Assembly: GCA_008632985.1 (NCBI GenBank)
Contig: QPGO01000007.1
Location: forward strand, 620,001-684,000
Origin: Psammoneis japonica
Taxonomy: Eukaryota
Length of the DNA: 64,000 nt
Direction of reading: 5' to 3'
The position numbers and the translations under genes are program-made. The notes below the pieces were generated by a model. The model was not told the origin of the DNA and made no database searches. It saw nothing but the letters and a program-made list of their open reading frames with translations. Below are positions 24,577 to 35,300 of this stretch, piece by piece. Every line of letters begins with the position of its first letter. Position 1 is the first letter of the stretch.

Positions 24577-25533
24577 ATGTCCTTTGTCGAAGACGACAGT
24601 GGTGATTCTTTTGAGTGCGACGCTCGCCATGATGGTGTAGACCTTGCTTGCGAGCATGCAATGCAAGAGCAAGCGTTTTGAGAAAGCAACGACGACACCG
24701 TCCATTCCCCTGAGCCTCGGGCTCAAGCCCCCACGGCTGTGTCTCCACGCTTGGTGAAGGACATGGATGAATCGCTTCTTTGCGTGGACCTTGAATGTGA
24801 GCACGACATGCAGGAAGAACACTGCAGTTGGATTGAAAATGGACAGGGTCATTTCTTGCGTCGGACGTGGCTCCGAGTTGCCGAAAGAGAAGTTGTCCTT
24901 CGCAACGTGGGCAGCCACGAAGGCCTCGGCGTCCACACACACATGCGAAACATCAATGATGAGTCCCACGCCCATGACCGACACCCTTTTGTGGCGGTCA
25001 TCCACCTGCTCAACAATGCACAAGAAAATTCTACGGTGCACATTTCCGTGCCAATTGTGACAGACATGCACTTTCTGGATGAGTTGTGTCATTGCGCGAA
25101 ACCGGTGTTTTTGGGGGGCAGGGGACTGGTGGTGCGGGTCATTGTGGGACCTCAGCGATGGGTGGCAAACGAGTTTCAACGATTTGTGGATGGAGATTTT
25201 GCCGGTGCTGCTGGCAACAGCAACGATCGAGAAATGGCTGTTGGAAGGCTCCAGCTTCGCAGATTCGGGACAGATCAGGACGCGAAACGATCTTCCCATT
25301 CTCACACAAATGCAATGTGCATGACGGCTGGTGCCTTGATTGGTTCCCACAACTGCACGCATGCATCAAAGCATCATCACCGTGAGGATGGTCTCATGAC
25401 GCCTCCCGGCTTTGAGGCGGACAGTTTGCGTCAACGACTCGAGGACGTCTGGAATGCAGGAGAATCGTTTGCAGTTTGCAGCAGGCACGTGCGTCCCCCG
25501 CCTGGATGCGTTCCTTCTCCAGAAGCGAAATGA
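24577..25533 (+). pseudogene. PLD-superfamily (HKD nuclease-like) gene remnant, one in-frame TGA at 24679
   Basis: 'STVHISVP..TD..FLDEL...LVVRVI' and 'SHTNAM...ALIGSHNCT..S...REDGL' resemble HxK...GSxN; no Tyr in the frame. Confidence 0.55.
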
Positions 25534-28249
25534 ACCAAGACCACTTAGAACTGAATCATTCTTGTGGCAGAGCATGAATCGGGGTGTCACCGGGTCATGT
25601 GCAGAGGGAGGGGAATGCGTGTCGAGAACTGACGATGAGGCTGAGCCGAGGTGGGTCATGATGTCATGATGCGCGAAGGGTGCGTTTTGCGCGGCAAGCG
25701 CGGGGGGCGACTCCGATTTTCGTGTTTACGATCTTGTCTTAAGATGTTGCGGGGTGTGCGATCAGCACTCTGCCACCGGCAGACACTGGCTTGATCCTGA
25801 CAACTGGTCTCCTCTGTGGATTGCCCCTGCGGTGCCATTCCTCCCTCTGCCGGGAAAGAATGGCAACTCAGCTGTGATGTCCTGCGATGATGAACCCAGT
25901 TCGGAGCTCCGTCAAAAACACCCTCAGACTGACGAGCATGCGTCAGATCAATCTTGCCTCTCCCACAAATCTTGTGTCATTGTTGGTGCCACTGGGTCCC
26001 CCGTTAGAGAGAGACGGCACGCCAATTAGCTGCAACTCTTCCCCTTTCTTCAAAGGAGCCTCCTCGTCCTCAGCCTCTTGCTGTTGCTGAAGTGGTTTTT
26101 TTCGGCGTTCTTCATTTCGTTTGCTGATTCGTTGCCAACTGACCTCTTTTTCATGTTCACTCATTTGGTCCCAATTGTGAATTCTTCGTGTGCTCCCTCC
26201 ATGTTGTGGTGAACTGGCTTGTCCAAGAAAATGGACGAGCCGGGATTTTCCTCTCCAAAAATGGGGAGGTTTTGCCCATCCCGACAAGATGTTTGGCAGT
26301 GCCTGGAACAGGGCAGTGATGCAGAAGGCGCAGGTCATGTCAAACTGACCTGACTGGGGCTGGTGTCAGCTCAAGGGGACTGAGCAACTCCAGCCATGCT
26401 TTTGCCGAAATGGGTGCCAGGACCGTTTGGCGAAGACTGCCACTGTCGCTCAAATGGTGGGTGGCGCAAAGCAACCCTCACAATTTCTAGAATCCTGTTG
26501 ATTGCCGCAACAACACTTTTCTTTAGTGTCTTGTCAATTCTTGGTGACTGCAGTGTGATTTGCTCAAAACCATGCAAAAGGCAGTGACGGACGGCAATGT
26601 CTCTTTCTCAGTTCAGTGCGACACTTTCACATTGCTCCCAGCAGACAGGTCTTTTTTGATGTTCCTTCATCTGTCATTTCACAGATGGTGAATTTGTTTT
26701 TCACAAAAGGTGTTCATGCCCCTCTTGCGGAAAAAAATTGTGGACGCCCTTCTGCTGCACACCAGAAGCATCGCCTCTGTGCCAAACACACCACCGCTCA
26801 ACACAACCATGGTGGCAAACCCAACTGAGAATCCGCCCCCAAACAGTTGACAGATGGGCTGAATTGCAGGCTCGAGCTTGGTTGTGACAGAACACACAGA
26901 GACTCACAACACAACAACAAATTTTAACATTCCACATTCCTCACTCTCCACACCCCAAAACAAAGGACGATTGCATCCTCTCTCATGAGTGACAGCTGCA
27001 AAACTCAACACTCTGCCATTTGCCGTTCATGTTCACTTCGCTTGTTTGAGGGCATTTGTCTCCTTGCTCAGAATCTTCAACATTTTCTTTCTGGATCTTC
27101 TGGTCAACCTCATCATCTTGGAATGTGATTTCTTGAGCCCCGTCTTCTTGTCCCAGTCATGAACATCTTGTTGGCTCTTCTGTGCCCTCTCCATGGCTTG
27201 TTTTAGTGCATTCAGCCAACTTCTGCAATCCATTGTTTTGGTGCGTTCTACAATCAAGAGGTTCCGAGTCACCTTGGTTGACAACAGAGTCAGCTCGTTG
27301 TTGTGGCAGCTGCTGGGCCAGATCAAAAATGCAGTTCAGAAATTGAAGAACACTTCTCCTCCTCTGTGCTCACATGTTTGACCCATCATGTGGTGTCCCC
27401 GACAGCATCCCATTCTTTGGGCCTGATGTGTTGTCAGACAGAGAGCCATTTGTGACATTCAGAGACTGGGCTCGTTCAAGCCATGAGCTGTGACTTCTCA
27501 GCAGCATCACATGCTGCACTGGCAACTGGCAGATCTCAGCAAGCAGCTGCACAAGCTTTCTACACTGGCAGAAAGTGCAGGGAGCAGGTGCGCATGCACA
27601 CGACTCTCATGTGCAGCAGCACAGTGAGCAGATGATGCACTGACATGATTGCATGAAATCTACAATCAAGCCTGTGGCTGTCCTCCAGAGTCACACCAAG
27701 TGCAAAAAGACTTTCCTTCTTCTTTTTGTGAAGCCAAAGCAGCCAGTGTTGCACACAGCACTTGATGAGCCCCAAGAGATGAGTGCCAGTGCTTGGAGAG
27801 TGAACCTTTTTCTTCACATGGACAAAGATGTTCGCGCATGTGCATGAAGTGAGTGCACAATTTGTGCAACCAGGCGCAACTGTTTCACAGCAAAGCAGTC
27901 TTTGCACCTTGCTTGTTTGTTTGTTGCCAAATTCACAGCATGTCATGAGGCACAGTGATGCTGCTGCCACCTGCCACAATTGCTCAGAGCAACCTGCTGA
28001 AGTCACAGCAACTGTGCTGCTCAGCAATGCTTGGCAAACCAACTGCCTGCAGCTGCCTCAATGGAAAAGAGGATGGCTCATGCAGCCCTTGGCATCCTGA
28101 GAAAAAGGAGCAATGGCAGAAAGAGGGTGGGGCATCAGACATGCAAGAATCTGTGTGTGACTCAACAGAAACAGCACAACAGCATGCTGACATCACCACT
28201 GGACTGGCAAAGTGCCTGTTTGCAGAGGGTGGGGGTGGGGTGAGGTGGG

Positions 28250-31200
28250 GGCTGTTCTCAGAGGCCAGTGCCTCAACAATGTTCAACAAGACAACAGAGC
28301 AACAGAGCTCACCATGGAGCCAAACATCATGACAAACCAAGTGGTGGAGTGTGTGTGCACAGCAACAAAAAGCATCTCTTCCCCAGAGGTGTTTTGCACA
28401 AAAGTCCACAAAAGTCACAAGAGCTTGTTTGGGCTGCATTGCAGTGGCCGCTGAGCTGGCAGACAATTGCATTTTTTGAAATTTTCCTTTGCTCATTGAA
28501 GGAGGGGATGCCCCAGACCCTCTGCCAGACAGCATGTTGGCAGATTTGTTTGACGAGAGCAGAGAGAGCAAAAGGCTTGGCAGCACCACATGTGGTGCTT
28601 CAGGATTTTGATCCACGTGCACATGTCATGTCAGAGCTCATCTCATTTCACAAACAAATTGATCAGGTTGAAGCTGCCAAAGGTGGATTTCAAAACACTG
28701 AGACGAAAAGGCTCCATGCAAGTTGTGAGTGGGAAAAAGACAGCCCAAGTCTTTGGTCAAAAACAGCAAGAAAAATGCCAAGTCTTGCATGTTGTGAACA
28801 GCAACAACTGTGTGCACACAGCTTCACCAAGGAATGCCACAGTTTGCAGTGCACAACAAAAAAATTGAGACTGCACATCATCAATGAGATCACCAAAAGA
28901 AAAAGGACAACCTCCAGGCAGAATTGAGCACTGTGGTCAAAGCCATGGTTGAGAATGCACTCAAGACACATGGAAACCCAAGAGAAAAGCACATCAAAGG
29001 AACTGAACAAGTTCAAGGTGCTTTTGATCTCCAGCAACTCCAGTGGCAACAAATTGTCAGATGAAAATTTGTGTGCCTGGGGTGGAGGCTGACATGATGG
29101 CAACAAAAACTTTGTCGTTGTTGGCTGTTGTTGTGGTGCTCACACACACTGCACCCAATCAAGAGTTGGTGGTGGCAATGTGACAATTGCTGCAAATGGA
29201 ACTCACTGTGGAATCTTTGGGTGCAGATGTGAAGGTGGTCAACATTGAAATCAAGTTGGGAAGTTGTCCATTGGAATGGCAGACAACACCAAAAGGTCAA
29301 TGATGAGATGTCCACAAGAAGCATGGATGCTGCTGCCAGAAAAACAGCACCTCACACTTGGGAGCCCAAAATTTTTAAGAAGTGACAGGAACAGAATTTT
29401 GGTCATTTTCACAGCAAAATTTGAGCTGGCAGGAGATTTGCCTGAAGTTGCCAAAAATGCCAATGGCTTGAATGATTTTTGAAAGCAAAAAGTTCTTGCT
29501 TTCCTCAAAAAAGCCTGAGTTGCTCTTTGCTGGTGCCTTGGCAAATGGAAGGCAGGTCCCTTTCACACCCAGCTGAAGGATGCAGCAGAGCTGTTCCACA
29601 TTCTCAACACCCTCCCCATGAAATGCCAAGGGCATTTGAACAAATGCAAAAGAAGAAGATGCAACAACCTCACAGTGTCAATGACTCGAGCAAGCAAATC
29701 AACTGGAGTGGGCAGCTCTGTTGTCATTGTTCTAAAAAGGATTGGACCATCTGACTCTTGAACAAGTCTTGTGAGTTGGACAAAACAAGCACTTGGCTGT
29801 CACCTGAAAGCGTCAAGAAAAGTGAGCTCTGAGGACCTGTGCCAGTGCAGAGGGCTTTCACTTTACAGCAACTCTGCACTGATGAATTCACCAGAGGTCA
29901 TCATGTCTGAGAAAAAGGCCAACACAACTGCTCCAAAAATTTTGGCAGCATGGATGATTGTCTCAATGCTCATCAGCCAAGTTTGACTTAAACTCATTTT
30001 GCAAGCCAAAGTGGAAAATGGCAAAAATGTGAGCATGTTGCACCCACCTTGTTTGCAGCTTTGCATGCCAAGCATGTCCAAAATCTGAAAGCTCTGTTGG
30101 ACAGTGGAGTGAGCAGCACTTTTAATTGAAAAGAAGTGCAGCAAAAAAACGGCTGCAGGAAAATTCTGTGAAGAAATTGTGGAGCACTGTTGCTGCCTAA
30201 TTTTTAACAAACAAGCACTGCATTGTCAAACCAATGCTGCCAGAGAGATGCACCTGATGCAATGCTGTCAAAATTCTCAGCCCATTTGCACAATGGAAAG
30301 CTTGGCACTTGCGGCATGGTTGCAAGACAGGATGTTTTAGAAGCTCACAAGTGTCAATGTCACATTCTCCAAACAAGTCACCCAACAGCTGAAAGCCAAC
30401 AGTGAGACACCAATGCTGTGAAATGTGTGGGTGAAGCCCATTGCAAAGACTGGCTCCATGCTCAAGAGTCAAAAAAGCCAAAAAGCAACTTCAAGAGAAT
30501 CTCAGCCATTTGCCAGCTGCAGGCCAGTGGATTTGCCTCAAGTCCCTGAAAGCACTGAAGGTTCAGACAATTTTAAGAAGCAAAATTGCCGGACATTTTG
30601 AAGAAGTGTGAGCCACTGTTTTGCAGCACTTTGGGCAAGTGAAAGGGTGGTCCTTGCTGCTCCCAGCTGAAAGAAGGAGCTGGGCTGCTCCACACTCAAC
30701 CTTGTGAGATTGTAAAAAGGGCTTGCTGACAAACCCTGAAAAATGAGATGCAAAGACCATGTGGCACCCAAAAAAACAGTTTTGCAACCTCTTCCTGGTT
30801 GATCCCCTCAGCTGTGATAACTGACCCCATTTGACAAGTGGGAAACTGGGCTGTGTTGAGGTTAAAAAAAACAAGATCCTGCCTCAAGACAATTGTCATT
30901 GACAAAAACAATGCACAAGCTTGCTCAAGTCATTTTTCTGTCACTGGAAAGAGAAAAAAGTTGTGCAGAGTCAATGTTTGTCATGTTGTGCCATCCTCAG
31001 CATCTTCATCAGGTCTACAAACAGTGACCCTTCATGCTTGACTGTGTCCAAGCCAATGATGTCATTTAGAGTCAACCCTGAAATGTCCACTTTGTGTGTT
31101 GTGTCAGCAAGTTTGTTGGTGACAAAACCCTGTGAGCATGTCCCATGGATCAAAAGGTTTGCCAAACACCACAAGAGCAACAGAAAACAACGTGATCAAA

Positions 31201-31330
31201 TCACTCAAGCTCTCATGACATGACAAAGTGTTCTCACCCCTGCACCATTGGGCATGATGAGGAAATTCATCAAAATCACAGAGAGGGCAATCAAAAGATC
31301 AGCCAACCATTGGGAGTTGCGAGAGCACAC
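28250..31330 (+). mobile_element. Highly degenerate Gypsy-like gag/pol remnant
   Basis: 'HVVLQDFDPRAHVMSELISF', 'HSFTKECHSL' and 'RILVIFTAKFELAGDL' echo the gag/pol of the intact element; no LTRs found. Confidence 0.45.
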
Positions 31331-31898
31331 AATTGGCTCACAGATAGAATCAATGTGTTGGCCATGAATGGCAAGAGAAGAAAGCGTCCCTGTTGATCTC
31401 CCCTTCCTCCAAACCCTGCCACAGACAGTAGAAAGACATGCACATGGTGACTTGTTCAGCAAATGAAATGGAACATCTGCGAAGAACATTTCAAGGCCGC
31501 ATGTGAATCGGGAGCATGTTCCTGAGTCTGTTTCGCGATGCAAGACCACACGATCTTCTACTGTGGCCCCTAGCAAGAGTCACAACACCGGGCGGCTTGC
31601 ATGGGGAACACGAGAATGAAAACAAGGAGTAGTACACTGCTCCAATAGAATCCACGGCGCCCTAAATACTTGATTTTCTGTCTCCACAGAACAGGATTCT
31701 CTTTGAATCGATATTACATTGGATGAGCAAATCTAGCAAACATGTGGAGGACAAAATGGTTGCTCCGCGATGTGTGCTTACCCCAAGTATACCGACATGA
31801 GCACCGAGCTTACGAAACGGGTAAACGAGCAATATGGACTGCTCTATTAATCGATGATTTCTCTATTTTTTTTGTCAAATAAGAAATCCTCGAAACTA

Positions 31899-33503
31899 TC
31901 AAATCTTTTCGCTAGCAAAATCCTCCAATTCCATCAGCTGCAGTAGTGTGGTGGCAGTCTTGTTGGCACTCCGGAGTGCGCCCTCCAAGTATCCAAACCC
32001 ATAGGATGAATATTCCGTGCCAGCCCAATGGACCCGAAGATGAGGTTCTCGGAGATACTTTCCCACTTGGGTCCACATACCGGGTGGAAACGAACTTTTG
32101 CCCCCGCCGAGAGTCGGAACACTTTGAAAATCAAATGCCAACAGCTGCGACGCGTTCCGTGCCTTATCGCCAAACAGAGCGGCAAGTGCCCCGGTAAAAT
32201 TTTGAAAACGTTCCTCCGGGGACATTTCGCCATACAAGGCCGTTTCATGTCCCACAGTTTCGACTTGAATCACGCCAGGCACGCCCGTGCTGGGAATATA
32301 CCCATCTCGAGCAGGGTCGCTGGGGGTCATGTCATATCCGAGCCGGACTAGAGTGTTGGGCGATAAATCTCCAAAACTCCCCGACTTGTGTTCCTTCCTC
32401 CAAAAGGGACCACCATTGTACACAGCCATCATTCGGACAACGGACCCGCCATGCATTCGATCCAAACTCTTTTGTTTGTTGGGTGACAATGGAGGTTCAA
32501 ATTGTATTTTCGACGTGACGGATGGTACGCCGGTGACGACGGCATATCGAGCTTTTGTCACTCCCTTGGTGGAATGTACCTTGACGAAAGTCTTGGTTTG
32601 TTCAATCTTGAATACTGGATCTGAGAGTGAAAGCGAAACTAGTGGTGAATCAGCAAGAAAGGCTGCAAGCTCCTTTGCCGGAGCCATTCCACCACCATGT
32701 ATACGATAAACATTGTTAAAGGCGTAGAGTCCGTCAAATACTCCACCACCAGCATTGGACAAAAAAAGAGCATGCAGCAACGAAATCGAGTCAATGTCAT
32801 CACATAGATCTGGTTGGACCGTAAGACGCATGTAGTTGACACCCGTCGTGTCCATTCGTTGCCGTAGCCAACTACCAAAGGTCACTCCATCCCATTCCGC
32901 AGCCTTCGGGTGCTTCCATGGTTCTTCCAGGTCCAATTGTTTTGCCATGACAGCCAATTCAGCCGTAACACGCAACAACGAGACAGTGGCCTTTCTGTCT
33001 CCAACACACTTGTTGGTGAGAATATCCGGGAATAGGCGACGAAACTCATTGATCTGACCATTGCCTTGTCGGCAAAGGAGTCCAGCTTTGCAACCCGCAA
33101 CCCCCTGCGTTTGGCAGTCGCCAGGACCCCAAACGGGAAACTTGTAGGTTTCCATGCCTAATTCATCCACCACCATTTCATTGGCAAACGGTTGCTGCGA
33201 TGGTGATCCAATGAATGCAACGCCATTTTCAATAGTGAAATTACTACCAATGGTTTCGTCGTATGCACGCCCTCCAACTCGATCAAGAGCTTCAACGACA
33301 TGAACAGATTTGTTGCCCAAAGTTGACAACCGTTTTGCGAGCGTTAACCCAGCGTAACCAGCACCAACAACGACAACGTCGACATCCAACAAGGACTCAT
33401 CTTGTTGTTCTTTCTTGTCAATTGAGTGCGGAAGCCGCGCCTCGGCAAGCAGCGCCATCGCTAATAGAATGGTAACGGAAACGTTTATCATCTTCCCATA
33501 CAT
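31899..33503 (-). CDS. Flavin-dependent amine oxidase (monoamine-oxidase family) with signal peptide
   Basis: 'DVVVVGAGYAGL', 'EALDRVGGR' and 'RVHWAGTE...GYLEGALRS'; hydrophobic N-terminus. Confidence 0.9.
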   Translation of the reverse strand: MYGKMINVSVTILLAMALLAEARLPHSIDKKEQQDESLLDVDVVVVGAGYAGLTLAKRLSTLGNKSVHVVEALDRVGGRAYDETIGSNFTIENGVAFIGSPSQQPFANEMVVDELGMETYKFPVWGPGDCQTQGVAGCKAGLLCRQGNGQINEFRRLFPDILTNKCVGDRKATVSLLRVTAELAVMAKQLDLEEPWKHPKAAEWDGVTFGSWLRQRMDTTGVNYMRLTVQPDLCDDIDSISLLHALFLSNAGGGVFDGLYAFNNVYRIHGGGMAPAKELAAFLADSPLVSLSLSDPVFKIEQTKTFVKVHSTKGVTKARYAVVTGVPSVTSKIQFEPPLSPNKQKSLDRMHGGSVVRMMAVYNGGPFWRKEHKSGSFGDLSPNTLVRLGYDMTPSDPARDGYIPSTGVPGVIQVETVGHETALYGEMSPEERFQNFTGALAALFGDKARNASQLLAFDFQSVPTLGGGKSSFPPGMWTQVGKYLREPHLRVHWAGTEYSSYGFGYLEGALRSANKTATTLLQLMELEDFASEKI

Positions 33504-33799
33504 CTCTTTTATGGGTTGGGAGTGACAAGTACACTATGCAGTCTCAGTGATCAGTGATGACTCACGGCGAACATCGAACGTGAAGAACCGCAAACAAAAC
33601 AAAAAAAGAGAGAACGAGAAAAATGTGACTCACTCATTATAGCGGGTGAGGCACTGACGGATCGAGTCCCGCAAAAGCGAAGCGAAGGTTGAGGTTGCAA
33701 GACTGAGTGCACGACTCGCTCCGCCTCCACCCCGACTTTTTCTTAGACTGCAGCTTGTCATGCAGTCAAACTAGCTAGATGTCGCATTGGTCCAGCACA

Positions 33800-35300
33800 T
33801 ACAACTGGCATGAAGATTTCTTTGCCACACAAAAGGCCAAAGTAAAAGACTGCAGCATGCAAGCAACAAGGCACACGAAGCAAGCAGCAGCACATTTGAC
33901 ACGCCTGTCTGTTGCTGCGACTCTGTCGAAACAAGCGATGCCACAATGAAACCCTTGTCAAAGTCAACCACATTGCGGTGTAATTTGAGTTGCTTGACAT
34001 GCTTTTCAATGGTCTCCAGAGACATGGCTCCCTTTTTCATCTCTCGAGAGGTGACAGGCTGTGAAAGAACTGTGCGCGAGCACAAAAAATGTGCATGGTC
34101 GAGAGCACGCAGGGAAAACTTGCGGATTTTCTCAGTGGCGAGAGTGTGCAGCAGCCAACAATGACTCTCACACCAGTGCTCTAAAGTTCTTCTTTCCCTT
34201 TTTCCTTGACAAAGGTTGCAAATGGCAGCATTGCTTTGCCAATCCCCAGGAACATTCTGTGCCCTCCCTTGCCATTTGTGGACAACACCTGCGCGTTCAA
34301 TTGATTTTTGAGCCCATTTTTCGACCATTGTTTGCAACATTGTCTCCTCATTGACAAAACATTGCAGGTGGACATCAAGTGTGGCAGAGATGTGTGCTTG
34401 TCAGTCTCACCATCTTTGCCCTTTGCACCATCCATTGCATGCTTGCCAGGGTCGTTTGGATCAACTGGCCCAGCTGTGCTTGTGCAAGATTTGCTTCGAG
34501 CCTTTTGGTTGTTTGCACCACCCATGGTTCATATTTTGATCCATTTTTTCCACAGGCATGTTGTTGTTCTTGACTTGTCAACCAACTCATTCTTCTTCTT
34601 GCCCCTGATGCTGTTGATGTTCTTTTGCAGGAGTTTGTCACAGAGTTCAGGGCACGAAACTTCCGAGTTTCAGTCTCTCCTCCTCCAACAGGTGTGTCAC
34701 ACTTCTCAGCTTGTCATTGCTCCAGTGTCATCAAAAGTGATGTCCCTTGTCATTCCCACCAAAAACCATTGTCTGTGCTGATCCTGCAGATGACACACCA
34801 ATTGCCTCTCTGTCTGCAGCATCTCAGCGGCAGGTGCATTTTGCTCTGGCTGCCACTGACTCCTGCATTCATCATGCATTTGATGCACTCTCTGCTTGTC
34901 ATGCCCACAAGAATGTTCAAAAAGGAAGTGGTGGTCAAGCTTTGGATGCACAACCTTCAAGCAATCAACACAATCCTCCAGCTGGACCAACACATGGTGC
35001 TGCAGCTCCAGCGGCCTTCATTGTTGGTGCCACACTCAAACTCTCTAAGAAACAGGCTCTCAGTCAAAGCCAGCTTTGGCTGCTTTTGCCAAACACCACT
35101 TCTGCAGCTTCTCCAACCTTGTGGCACTGGAACAAGGGCTCCATTGTGCACCCACACCATCATCTTTTGGCGGCAGAACTCTTTTGCTGTTGAGGCCTGA
35201 CCAAGATTTTATGCTGAGCAAGCACTGCTTGAAATGGCTTCGGCTTGTCCAACAAAGATCACACCAACTGGCTTTACATTTGGGTCTTTGCACATGCTTT
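33800..35300 (-). mobile_element. Degenerate DDE (IS630/Tc1-related) transposase remnant
   Basis: Minus frame at ~34215-34290 reads PQMAREGTECSWGLAKQCCHLQPL (cf. HPELAGEGIEYSWGxAKxYYR), followed by 'IRKFS...IEKHVKQLKLHRNVVDFDKGFI'; family recognised from memory; upstream extent approximate. Confidence 0.55.

Larger units (their letters stand above)
24500..31400. other. TpA-depleted block B (CpG retained to ~26.5 kb, strongly lost beyond)
   Basis: For example, no TA and 3 CG counted in 28021-28620. Confidence 0.8.

Noticed and set aside
13230..31400. Classical fungal RIP or CpG deamination alone
   Set aside because: These are C->T processes that raise or spare TpA. Here TpA is lost, conserved Tyr codons become Cys/His, and CpG is retained in some fully affected parts.
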